This document shows, one piece after another, positions 1 to 7,029 of a stretch of 32,000 nucleotides of DNA (its first letter is position 1; each line of letters opens with the position of its first letter). The notes beneath the pieces were generated by a model. That model was not told where the DNA came from. It searched no databases and was given only the letters and a program-made list of their open reading frames with translations. The position numbers and the translations under genes were made by a program. This DNA comes from Candidatus Methanophagaceae archaeon (GTDB taxonomy: Archaea; Halobacteriota; Syntropharchaeia; Alkanophagales; Methanospirareceae): NCBI GenBank assembly GCA_003194425.1, contig PQXB01000001.1, positions 1,142,728-1,174,727 on the forward strand. Reading direction: 5' to 3'.

Positions 1-242
1 ATTCGAATGTCTCTTGCGTCCATCCCGCCGTTGTTCTTCACTGTCATCGTCACTTCCTTCGTCTCGCCAGGACGCAGATCCGTAGGCTCTACATCCGTTA
101 TCGTAACCGAAGAGAAGGAGGCATCTGCCGGCGGTGCAAACACGGGCAGAAGCAAAGCCACCATAAGAGCCGTCATAAAAAATACCGCGCCAAGAAGGCA
201 GACTTCTGGAAATACCGGTTTTACCACTGCATTTTTTACCAT
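1..242 (-). CDS. Partial CDS (N-terminus only, continues beyond window start): secreted or cell-surface protein with signal peptide and the start of a CARDB-like beta domain
   Basis: Absent from the ORF track because it runs off the window. My translation of the reverse complement from the ATG at 242-240: MVKNAVVKPVFPEVCLLGAVFFMTALMVALLLPVFAPPADASFSSVTITDVEPTDLRPGETKEVTMTVKNNGGMDARDIR. It has a hydrophobic signal/anchor, then a PGE..V.V.V.N.G...A pattern typical of archaeal surface-protein domains. Its ATG overlaps the stop of the upstream regulator (ATGGTAA). Confidence 0.55.
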   Translation of the reverse strand, partial: MVKNAVVKPVFPEVCLLGAVFFMTALMVALLLPVFAPPADASFSSVTITDVEPTDLRPGETKEVTMTVKNNGGMDARDIR

Positions 243-793
243 TTCTTACCCCCTCCGTTTGCTAAATCGCTTTCTATTTTTATTTTTATTGAAATCCTCT
301 CTGACTCTTCGTTTAGTTTCTCCATCTCAACATTCCCAGGCATCGCATTTATCTCGTTCATTATCTTCGAGAAGAGCAGAACCGCGAGGTTCATTTTCCT
401 GTATTCGTGTAAGAGCACGAGAAAAGTCTCCCTCACTTTTGCATCCTCTATTTTGGACAGACTCGCGGAGAGCAGTTCGATCATTGGCTTTATGTTCTCC
501 GCGAGAAATCGCTTCAAGAGTTCGCCAAAACTCTCTGTCAGCGAGGTGTTAACCGAATAACGGGTCTCTCTTCCCTCCCTTCTCTCCTCAATCGTCGGTC
601 CCCGCTTCAATTCCCGCAGACTCCGACTGACCAGTCCCCTGCTGTAGCCCGTGCCTTCTACAATTTCACGCTGCGTTACGGGGCAGGATTTGAAGAGTAA
701 GAAGCCCCAGACACGCCCCACCGACTCGCCCAGGTCCCACTGCTTCCCTATTTTCGCCAGCGAATCCAACACTTCTTGCATCACTTCGCTCAT
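236..793 (-). CDS. Winged-helix transcriptional regulator (GbsR/MarR-like)
   Basis: 185-aa ORF. The N-terminal HTH block CPVTQREIVEGTGYSRGLVSRSLRELKRGPTIEERREGRETRYSV is followed by a helical C-terminal domain. Divergent from the MFS gene across a 74-bp AT-rich spacer. Confidence 0.7.
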   Translation of the reverse strand: MSEVMQEVLDSLAKIGKQWDLGESVGRVWGFLLFKSCPVTQREIVEGTGYSRGLVSRSLRELKRGPTIEERREGRETRYSVNTSLTESFGELLKRFLAENIKPMIELLSASLSKIEDAKVRETFLVLLHEYRKMNLAVLLFSKIMNEINAMPGNVEMEKLNEESERISIKIKIESDLANGGGKKW

Positions 794-843
794 CTTTTCT
801 TCACCGATTATTTTTTACTTTTTACTAAAAAATAAATTTTGTA

Positions 844-851
844 TTTAAATA
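844..851 (+). promoter_or_regulatory. Candidate TATA box (tttaaata) upstream of the MFS transporter gene
   Basis: Consensus-like TATA 17-24 nt upstream of the ATG at 868. The spacing is slightly short for a leaderless start. Confidence 0.3.
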
Positions 852-867
852 AAGATTCTTAATTAAG

Positions 868-2217
868 ATGAAAAGAGCAAAGAACACGCAACTTGCACAA
901 GCACTTGCACAAGCACTTGCACAAGCACTTGCACCTACGCCTACGGTTCTACACCCTGCACCCGCGCTTCTGCCTCTGGTTGCGTTGCACGGCTTAATGC
1001 ACATTTTGGCGACGACGCTGCCTGCACTCTCGCCGTTGGTGAAGCAGGAGTTTTGTCTGACGAACACCGCGGTGGGCGTGCTCTCGTTTGCGTTCGCGGC
1101 TGCGATTGGGTTGGGGAGCGTCTTTTCTGGGCTGCTCTCGGACAGGTTTGACGGACTAAGGCTGGTGAGTCTGGGCTTATTCTTTGCCGCCGTTCTCTCT
1201 GCTCTGCTCTTCGTTTCACACGATTTTCTCTCGCTTACCCTCATTTTTGTCGTTATGGGATTCTGCCTCAGTCTTTACCACCCCTCTTCTCTCTCTTACA
1301 TCGCGAAATCCGTAAAGACCAGACGAGGCAGAGCCTTTGGCGTGCACGAGACAGGAGCGAGCCTGGGGCTTGCAGTAACGCCGTTAGTGGCGGGCTTGGT
1401 CTGTCTTTACGCGGGCTGGCGGTTCGTTTACTTGTTTTGGGCGTTTCCCACCGCCTTCTTCGCAATTCTGCTCCTCTCACTCTCACGCTCTCACTCACTC
1501 TCTCACTCACGCTCACTCTCTCACTCTCACTCACTCTCTCACTCTCACTCACTCTCACTCTCACACAACCACAAGCCGACGGAGGAGGGAGGAAGAACAA
1601 AATTAACGGTTTTCCTTCGGCAAATTGCAAGCACGGGCTCGCTGCGGAGGATTTACTTAATTGAGGGGTTGTTTGGGTTTGTCGTGGGCGGGTCGCTGAC
1701 TTTCATTCCGATTTTCTTTAACGAGGCGCTGGGGGTGAGCCCCGCGCTTGCGGTGGTGCTGACCTGCGTCTTTACAGCAGGCGGAGCGGTCGGGAAATTT
1801 GCAGGTGGGCATTTCTCGGACCTCGTGGGCGAGCGGCGGGTGATGGCTTTTGGCTTTTTCCTGACCGCTCCGTTCTTCTTCGTCGTGCCGTTCCTGCCGC
1901 TGTTCGGGGCGGTTCTGGCGTTGGCACTCGCGGGCTTGATTTTCCCGACCGTTCTGCCTGCGATAATTTCAAGGATAAGCAAGGAAGTCCCGCGGTCGAG
2001 GCAGGGCGTAGCGTTCGGACTGCTGATGTTCGCGGGCTTCGGCTTCGGCTCTACCTCTCGTCTGATTCTGGGTCTGGTGAGCGACATTTACGGGATTTCC
2101 GCAGTCTTCTACCCGATTGTGCTCGCTGCTTTGGTCGGGGGGCTGCTGAATATTTGCAGACCGACGGGGGTTAGGGTAGGGGGGGTTAGGGTAGGGGGGG
2201 TAGGGTTGGAGAAATGA
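868..2217 (+). CDS. Major facilitator superfamily transporter
   Basis: 449-aa ORF with about 12 hydrophobic segments. MFS loop motifs occur in both halves (GLLSDRFDGLRLV and GGHFSDLVGERRV). Carries three repeat inserts: (AQAL)n, an SLSHS-type tract and a C-terminal GVRVGG repeat. Confidence 0.85.
   Translation: MKRAKNTQLAQALAQALAQALAPTPTVLHPAPALLPLVALHGLMHILATTLPALSPLVKQEFCLTNTAVGVLSFAFAAAIGLGSVFSGLLSDRFDGLRLVSLGLFFAAVLSALLFVSHDFLSLTLIFVVMGFCLSLYHPSSLSYIAKSVKTRRGRAFGVHETGASLGLAVTPLVAGLVCLYAGWRFVYLFWAFPTAFFAILLLSLSRSHSLSHSRSLSHSHSLSHSHSLSLSHNHKPTEEGGRTKLTVFLRQIASTGSLRRIYLIEGLFGFVVGGSLTFIPIFFNEALGVSPALAVVLTCVFTAGGAVGKFAGGHFSDLVGERRVMAFGFFLTAPFFFVVPFLPLFGAVLALALAGLIFPTVLPAIISRISKEVPRSRQGVAFGLLMFAGFGFGSTSRLILGLVSDIYGISAVFYPIVLAALVGGLLNICRPTGVRVGGVRVGGVGLEK
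891..934 (+). repeat. Tandem repeat, 12 bp x3.7 (acttgcacaagc), in frame, giving (AQAL)n in the MFS N-terminus
   Basis: Perfect copies at 891-902, 903-914 and 915-926, plus a partial copy at 927-934. Confidence 0.95.
1472..1566 (+). repeat. CT/CA microsatellite-like tract (ctcact/ctctca variants), in frame, giving SLSRSHSLSHSRSLSHSHSLSHSHSLSLSH in the central loop of the MFS
   Basis: About 95 nt composed almost only of ctc/tca/cac units. Confidence 0.9.
2166..2209 (+). repeat. G-rich tandem repeat, 15 bp x3 (gggggttagggtagg); G-quadruplex motif; encodes the GVRVGGVRVGGVG C-terminus of the MFS
   Basis: Copies at 2166-2180 and 2181-2195 are identical. The copy at 2196-2209 is degenerate. Six G-runs of 3 or more, separated by 1-3 nt. 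Confidence 0.95.
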
Positions 2218-2238
2218 AAAGAAGAGAGGCATTCAATG

Positions 2239-2943
2239 TCACTTATTCAAAATCGCTTTTATCTTCTTCAGCCGTACGAAGTTCTCTCGCTCCATCTCCT
2301 CCAGCCGCATCCGAATGTACTTCCGCGTCGCCTTCAACCGAGGAATCAAAATGTATTCAAGTGCGTTCACCCGCCGCTTCGTCTTCTCCACCTCGCCCGC
2401 AAGATTCCGAACCGCCTCCTCGAGTTCTGCAAGTTTTATTAACTTCTCCAACGCCACCTCAAAGCTACTCGCACTCCTGTCCACTGCAGCCGACGAGTCC
2501 ACGAACCCGTAGCCCCGCTCGGTAACTCTCCTCGCCAACTTCAACTTACCACCCACAGCACCACCGGCAGCACCACCGGCAGCACCACCCGACTCCGACT
2601 TCAGAATCGGCACCTGCACGCCCATTATGCTGCGAGAGGAGAAATTCAGCCCAATTTCGCGTCCCGTCATCAGCGACAACTGCCGAACCTGCTCTACGCC
2701 CAACCGAGCCTGAGCAGCGACCAAAAAGCCGAACGCCTCCTTTAACTCCTCCTCAACCTCCCGCCTCGCGTCCCGCACCTCGCTGATCACATCCAAGAAT
2801 TCAGAAATAAGTGCGTCCCGCTTCTCTCGCAGCAGGTCGTGCCCCTTCTCAGCCAACTTCTCTCGCCTGCCCAGTTTCAGCAATTCCATCCTCGTCGGGC
2901 TCACGCCCTCAATTATCTCTGGCATAACTTCCCACCTTTCCAA
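2239..2943 (-). CDS. atpD: A/V-type ATP synthase subunit D
   Basis: 234-aa ORF. N-terminal PTRMELLKLGRREKLAEKGHDLLREKRDAL and C-terminal KRRVNALEYILIPRL are the signature helices of subunit D. The true start may be the internal Met at 2925. Contains a GGAAGGAAGGAVGG insert. Confidence 0.9.
   Translation of the reverse strand: MERWEVMPEIIEGVSPTRMELLKLGRREKLAEKGHDLLREKRDALISEFLDVISEVRDARREVEEELKEAFGFLVAAQARLGVEQVRQLSLMTGREIGLNFSSRSIMGVQVPILKSESGGAAGGAAGGAVGGKLKLARRVTERGYGFVDSSAAVDRSASSFEVALEKLIKLAELEEAVRNLAGEVEKTKRRVNALEYILIPRLKATRKYIRMRLEEMERENFVRLKKIKAILNK
2558..2589 (-). repeat. Tandem repeat, 12 bp x2.7 (gcaccaccggca on + strand), in frame, giving GGAAGGAAGG in AtpD
   Basis: Copies at 2558-2569 and 2570-2581, a partial copy at 2582-2589, and a degenerate copy just upstream. 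Confidence 0.9.
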
Positions 2944-2967
2944 TTTTGTTAAAGAAAAAACTTTCTC

Positions 2968-2995
2968 TTAGGGTTGTTCGTTTAGGGTTGTTCGT
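2968..2995. repeat. Intergenic tandem duplication, 14 bp x2 (ttagggttgttcgt)
   Basis: 2968-2981 equals 2982-2995. Lies between the fae-hps stop and the atpD start. Confidence 0.95.
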
Positions 2996-3005
2996 GAAAA
3001 CCAGA

Positions 3006-4250
3006 TTAGAAATCCGTCATCACCCGGTACTGGTCGATCTCCTCCTTCATTAACCGCAGAAACCTCCTCGCCACTGCTTCTACATCGCGTGAATTCGTTA
3101 TTCCGCGTCCGACGATTAGAATGTCCGCACCGCCTTTTAACGCTTCTGCTGCGTTCTCTTCGCGAATCCCGCCAGCAACCGCGACCAACATTTTACCGCC
3201 ACTGCTACCACTGCTACTCCCTCGCCCAATCCGTTTTAACTCCGCGATGTTTCCCCACGCGTGCCTCTCCGCCTGCTCCACATCGATCGCACGGTGCAGT
3301 TCCACCACATCCGGAATTGAGCCACCACTAATTGAGCCACCACTGGCCCCTTCCTCGCCACTACTCAACTTTTCAAGCAACTCCAACGGGCTCGCAACGT
3401 TCAGCATATCCAAGCAGGCGTAAATCCCGGTCTTCCTCGCCTCTGCAACCGCTTTCTCGATTGTTTGGAGCGGAGCAAGCCCAGAAATCACCACCGCGTC
3501 CGCGCCCGCGTCCGAGACCATTCTCGCCTCCAAATTCCCAGTGTCCAGCGTCTTCAAGTCCGCAACAACGAAAGTCTCGGGCTTTATCTCTTTTATTCGA
3601 CCCACAATCTCTACCCCGTACCGTTTTATCAGCGGCGTACCCGCCTCAATGATGAGGTGGTCGTTTTGCGGCAGTTCGCTCACCACCCGCTCCATCTGCT
3701 TCCAGCTCGGAATGTCAAGAGCGACCTGCAAATACGGGGGATCCCACAACTTCGTCACCTTCAGCCCCAGCGCAGGGTGCCGCGACCTGTCCTTCTCGTA
3801 AAGCACCTTCTTGATGTCAGGGAAGCCTGTCATCGCTCGCTTTACCGCCAACTTCGCAGCACCGTAGTTGAACCTGTAGATTTTGTTGTAGTCCGCAGCC
3901 TGCGGGTGCAAAAAAACGCTCACAATCACCACCAGCTCCTCCGCCTTCTCCTTCGGAATCACACCCTCCTCAACCGAGTCCGCGACCGCCTTCGCAACCG
4001 CACTCTGGGCGGGTCCAAAAATCCGCTCCGCCTCTTTCATATTCCGCACAGTCACCTTCGGCACAATCAGAGTAGACGGCTTAACCGGCAGGTTCGGTCG
4101 AATCACCGCAAAGATCGGCGTGTGCCCTGCCGACATTTGGCTCATCGCGTTCGTAAACGCCGTTCCCACAGGTCCGTTCTTCTCGCCGACCAGCAAGTCA
4201 ATGTGCGCAACCTCCGCCCCCTCTCCAACTAACGCTTCTCCTACTTGCAT
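3006..4250 (-). CDS. fae-hps: Bifunctional formaldehyde-activating enzyme / 3-hexulose-6-phosphate synthase (Fae-Hps)
   Basis: 414-aa ORF. The N-terminal Fae block is [35 protein letters not shown]...[12 protein letters not shown]. The C-terminal OMPDC-fold HPS block is [10 protein letters not shown]...[13 protein letters not shown]...[10 protein letters not shown]...GGIREENA. Two in-frame inserts: GGSISGGSI and SSSGSSGG. Confidence 0.92.
   Translation of the reverse strand: MQVGEALVGEGAEVAHIDLLVGEKNGPVGTAFTNAMSQMSAGHTPIFAVIRPNLPVKPSTLIVPKVTVRNMKEAERIFGPAQSAVAKAVADSVEEGVIPKEKAEELVVIVSVFLHPQAADYNKIYRFNYGAAKLAVKRAMTGFPDIKKVLYEKDRSRHPALGLKVTKLWDPPYLQVALDIPSWKQMERVVSELPQNDHLIIEAGTPLIKRYGVEIVGRIKEIKPETFVVADLKTLDTGNLEARMVSDAGADAVVISGLAPLQTIEKAVAEARKTGIYACLDMLNVASPLELLEKLSSGEEGASGGSISGGSIPDVVELHRAIDVEQAERHAWGNIAELKRIGRGSSSGSSGGKMLVAVAGGIREENAAEALKGGADILIVGRGITNSRDVEAVARRFLRLMKEEIDQYRVMTDF
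3316..3345 (-). repeat. Tandem repeat, 15 bp x2 (attgagccaccacta), in frame, giving GGSISGGSI in Fae-Hps
   Basis: 3316-3330 and 3331-3345 differ only at the last base. Confidence 0.9.
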
Positions 4251-4286
4251 TTTCTCTCTTCTTTTTCTCTCTTTCTCTCTCCCCTC

Positions 4287-4718
4287 TCACCTTTTAGTTT
4301 TAGTTCCCTGTTCTGTAGTTAGGTGTTTTGTAGTTAGGTTATCCAGCGCTCTTCTTACAGCGGGCAGCAGTTCGCTTTCAAGTTCCAACTGGTGAAAACC
4401 CGGTCTCGGTCCGCCCCGTCTCGTCGCCCGGCAGACTCGTGGGTCGGCGATTGGAAACCCGCGTGGCTTCGAGAAAATCCCGTTCTCGTCCAGTTTCCGC
4501 ACCTCCTCCACCAACTCCCGCACCCGCTCTGCCTCCCCCTCCACCAAAATCCCAAAGCAAGTCTCTTTCACTTCAACGCCTGGGCTCGGACCGCTCGTGC
4601 TCGTGCTCGTGCTCGTGCTCGCGTCTTCACTAAGCGTCGCCAAAATCTTGCTCTTTACCTGATCCGGCGTCACCGCCGAGTCCGGCGAGACCACAACTAC
4701 CCTCGTCTCAATCCCCAT
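4287..4718 (-). CDS. Hypothetical small protein (143 aa)
   Basis: The ORF has a GA-rich RBS-like sequence (aggagagaggaaATG). The composition is plausible for a protein and includes a distinctive [19 protein letters not shown] block. Contains an (ST)n insert from a 6-bp x5 repeat. I do not recognise the family with confidence. Confidence 0.55.
   Translation of the reverse strand: MGIETRVVVVSPDSAVTPDQVKSKILATLSEDASTSTSTSTSGPSPGVEVKETCFGILVEGEAERVRELVEEVRKLDENGIFSKPRGFPIADPRVCRATRRGGPRPGFHQLELESELLPAVRRALDNLTTKHLTTEQGTKTKR
4593..4622 (-). repeat. Hexanucleotide repeat (gctcgt) x5, in frame, giving (ST)n
   Basis: Five consecutive units. The last is gctcgc. Confidence 0.95.
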
Positions 4719-4830
4719 TTCCTCTCTCCTTTTCCTTCAATCCCAATTTCCTCTCTCCCCCATTTCCTCTCCCCCTTCTCTTTATTCTTCTCTTTCCCTC
4801 TACTTCTCATTCTCCCTCTCTTCTCCTTAA
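4719..4830. repeat. Polypyrimidine (CT-rich) tract of about 110 nt on the + strand, in the divergent intergenic region between the 143-aa gene and purC
   Basis: The sequence ttcctctctccttttccttcaatcccaatttcctctctcccccatttcctctccccc... is almost devoid of purines. It contains the repeated unit atttcctctc(t/c)ccc. Confidence 0.85.
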
Positions 4831-4893
4831 TTTTAATTCTTGAAGAATAAAAGATATGCAAACAGCAAGCTGCAAAAAGTAAAATACATAAAA

Positions 4894-5703
4894 ATGCAAA
4901 AAGCAGAATACATAAGGAGCGGAAAAGCAAAGGACATTTACCGACGACCAGACGGCGACCTTGTCTTCGTGTTTACCGACCGAGTTACCGCGTTTGACGG
5001 CGAGAAGAAAGCGGAGTACGCGGGTAAAGGGGCAGTCTGCTGCAAATTGTCCTGCTTTTGGTTTGAGCTGCTGGAGGCTGCGGGCGTGAAAACGCACTTC
5101 AAGGAGTTCGTGCCGCCGAACGAGTTAGTGGCGGAGGAGGTGGAACTTTTGCCGGTGGAGGTGATTGCTCGGAACTTCTTGTACGGGTCGCTTTGGAGAA
5201 GGTGTAAAAGCGGCGAGCTGGAAGTGGGTAGCGAGTTTATTGCACAAGGGGCGGGAAAAAAAGGAAAAAAGGAGGGGCTGCCGCTAACTAAGAGCTTTGT
5301 GGAGTTCACGACAAAATTCGAGCCTGTTGACCGACCGGTTAGAGAGGCGGAAATTCTGGCGCGGGGTTGGTTGGACGAGAAGGAGGTGGAGGTGGTAAAA
5401 CGGGAGACGAGAAGGGTCGGAGAAATAATGCAGTCTTACTTGGCTCAAAGGGGAATTCTGCTGGCTGATTTTAAGCTGGAGTACGGCAGACGAAGGAGCA
5501 CGAGTAGTAAGAGTGCGAGCAGTGGTAGAGGGGAAATAATTCTTGCGGACGAGGTAGGCACGCCGGATGTCTGCAGGTTCTGGGAGAAGGAGGCGTACGA
5601 GAGCAGGAGAGAAATAATTAGCCTGGACAAAGACGTGTTCAGGCAAGGGAAAGGCGACCTCTTGGAGGTTTACCTTGAGGTGTGCGAGCGGATTTTAGGC
5701 TGA
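4894..5703 (+). CDS. purC: Phosphoribosylaminoimidazole-succinocarboxamide (SAICAR) synthase
   Basis: The ORF track starts at a TTG at 4840. The conserved N-terminus MQKAEYIRSGKAKDIYRRPDG..VFVFTDRVTAFDG begins at the ATG at 4894. Other SAICAR synthase blocks are GKGAVCCKLSCFWFELL and LADFKLEYG. Confidence 0.9.
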   Translation: MQKAEYIRSGKAKDIYRRPDGDLVFVFTDRVTAFDGEKKAEYAGKGAVCCKLSCFWFELLEAAGVKTHFKEFVPPNELVAEEVELLPVEVIARNFLYGSLWRRCKSGELEVGSEFIAQGAGKKGKKEGLPLTKSFVEFTTKFEPVDRPVREAEILARGWLDEKEVEVVKRETRRVGEIMQSYLAQRGILLADFKLEYGRRRSTSSKSASSGRGEIILADEVGTPDVCRFWEKEAYESRREIISLDKDVFRQGKGDLLEVYLEVCERILG

Positions 5704-5717
5704 AAAAGATTAACCGT

Positions 5718-5769
5718 CTTCAGCCCTTCAGCCGCCCTTCAGCCGCCCTTCAGCCGCCCTTCAGCCGCT
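5718..5769. repeat. Tandem repeat, 11 bp x4.7 (cttcagccgcc), spanning the stop codon and 3' flank of the 407-aa gene
   Basis: Copies at 5726-5736, 5737-5747, 5748-5758 and 5759-5769, plus a truncated copy at 5718-5725. Each copy carries tca (TGA on the minus strand). Confidence 0.95.
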
Positions 5770-6973
5770 CGTACAAACGCAGGTAGCCCTTCTTCTGGAG
5801 TAGAACCTTGCTCTTGTGAAGTTCAACGGAAATGTCACTGCTGGTTGCGTGGTTCTGCAGGTAGCCCGCCACGTCCTCGCTCTTGAGTGCGTTTAGGAGG
5901 AGGTCGTAGTCTACCCGCAGCGTGAGGTCTGCGTCGGCATTCTCGGGCTCCCCCTCTTTTACCACCGTTCTTCCGAAAGTTCGGACAACGAAGAACTTCT
6001 CGCCTGCACTGTTCTGGACATTCACCTGAATTACTGCACCGTCCTCCACTTCTTCAAAACCCAGCCTCTCAACGAGGGTCAAGATTTGAGCAGTCCGAAC
6101 GGGCGGAGGCGGTGCGGGTGCAGGGGGCGGTGGTCGGACAAACCTGTGCTCGCCCACTACCTCGCCAGTGGTGCAGTGAATGTCAAGCCCGTAGAGCGTC
6201 CGGTTCTCGTAGTCCTGCTCGGTTGGGGTGTGCTGCCAGACGACACGCCAGCAGACCGCCCAGCCGCCTGCTCTACCGCCTACCCCGCCAACAAGAACAG
6301 GAGCAGCAGAGAGCGGGTCTTTACGCCCCTGCTCTAACCCCAACCCTTTCTCCCTTGCAATTTCTTTCGCCTGCTCCGCGGTTACCGTAATTTCCTGCGG
6401 CGTGCTGACCGTGTGCTGCCCAGTTACGCTCCTGTCGTTTCCGAGCCTAACCCAGAAGGAGAGTTCAATTTCAGTGGAGTTGTGCAGGTAGGAGTAGTAG
6501 GCGGTTCCGCCAGCGGCCTTCGAGTTCGAGTCGAAGGACCTTCGTGTGAAGTGTGCGTTAAAATACTCGCTTCCAAGCAGAGCCACGAGAAATTTGTCTG
6601 CGACGCCGAAGCCCTCCTCAGGAAGCATTTTCTTCACCAAAAGAACGGTAAGGTTGGAGTTAAGGTTGGAGGGGCTGCCCGCAGCCGTCACATTAAAGAC
6701 GAGTCGCCACTGAAATTCGGTGCGGTTAGAGACGAGCAGCCTGAAGTAGCGGTCAAAACTGCGTCTTGAAACGCCAGTCTCGTTAAGAATTCGCTCCTCT
6801 GCCACCGACACAGCCTCTTCTCGGGTCTCTGGAATTTCGTCTAAAACCACTGTCAAGACATTTTTGTCAAGAAAGAGAATGTCTGTCCCGGTGGGGAGGC
6901 TGTAGTACCAGCCACAGAAAGAAACCGCTACTAGCACAAACACCCCCACCAAAACGACGACTTTAAGAGGCAT
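5750..6973 (-). CDS. Hypothetical membrane-anchored extracytoplasmic protein (possible PepSY-like modules, proline-rich linker)
   Basis: 407-aa ORF with an N-terminal TM helix (VVVLVGVFVLVAVSFCGWYY). AEQAKEIAREKGL...LYGLDIHCTTGEVVGE resembles a PepSY-type module. It is followed by a PPPPAPAPPPPV linker and a C-terminal globular domain. The family assignment is weak. Confidence 0.6.
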   Translation of the reverse strand: MPLKVVVLVGVFVLVAVSFCGWYYSLPTGTDILFLDKNVLTVVLDEIPETREEAVSVAEERILNETGVSRRSFDRYFRLLVSNRTEFQWRLVFNVTAAGSPSNLNSNLTVLLVKKMLPEEGFGVADKFLVALLGSEYFNAHFTRRSFDSNSKAAGGTAYYSYLHNSTEIELSFWVRLGNDRSVTGQHTVSTPQEITVTAEQAKEIAREKGLGLEQGRKDPLSAAPVLVGGVGGRAGGWAVCWRVVWQHTPTEQDYENRTLYGLDIHCTTGEVVGEHRFVRPPPPAPAPPPPVRTAQILTLVERLGFEEVEDGAVIQVNVQNSAGEKFFVVRTFGRTVVKEGEPENADADLTLRVDYDLLLNALKSEDVAGYLQNHATSSDISVELHKSKVLLQKKGYLRLYERLKGG

Positions 6974-6976
6974 TTT

Positions 6977-7003
6977 GTTAAGTTGTGTTTAAGTTGTGTT
7001 TAG
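6977..7003. repeat. Intergenic tandem repeat, 11 bp x2.4 (tttaagttgtg)
   Basis: gttaagttgtg / tttaagttgtg / tttag, in the divergent promoter region between the 407-aa gene and truD. Confidence 0.9.
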
Positions 7004-7029
7004 GAAAGGATTTCTAAAAAAGAAAGAGA

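Noticed and set aside
2166-2209. Reading the GGGTTA-containing repeat as a telomere or replicon end.
   Set aside because: It is internal, lies in frame within the MFS coding sequence, and has only about 3 units. Ordinary genes flank it on both sides.
3465-4232. Long ORFs antisense to, or overlapping, confidently assigned genes. Examples: 3465-4232 (+, 255 aa), 18498-19328 (+, 276 aa), 7684-8283 (-, 199 aa), 11842-12522 (-, 226 aa), 1653-2087 (-) and 27044-27553 (+).
   Set aside because: They lie opposite strongly conserved genes (fae-hps, trm5, truD, DUF63/methyltransferase, MFS, gyrA). They have R/P/S/L-rich, non-protein-like composition and no recognisable motifs. These are typical shadow ORFs of GC-rich coding DNA.
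4287-4718. Naming the 143-aa protein as one of the small 'methanogenesis marker' proteins, because of the H4MPT-related gene context.
   Set aside because: I cannot recall a matching signature with any certainty, and none of the usual marker-gene neighbours are present. I left it as hypothetical.
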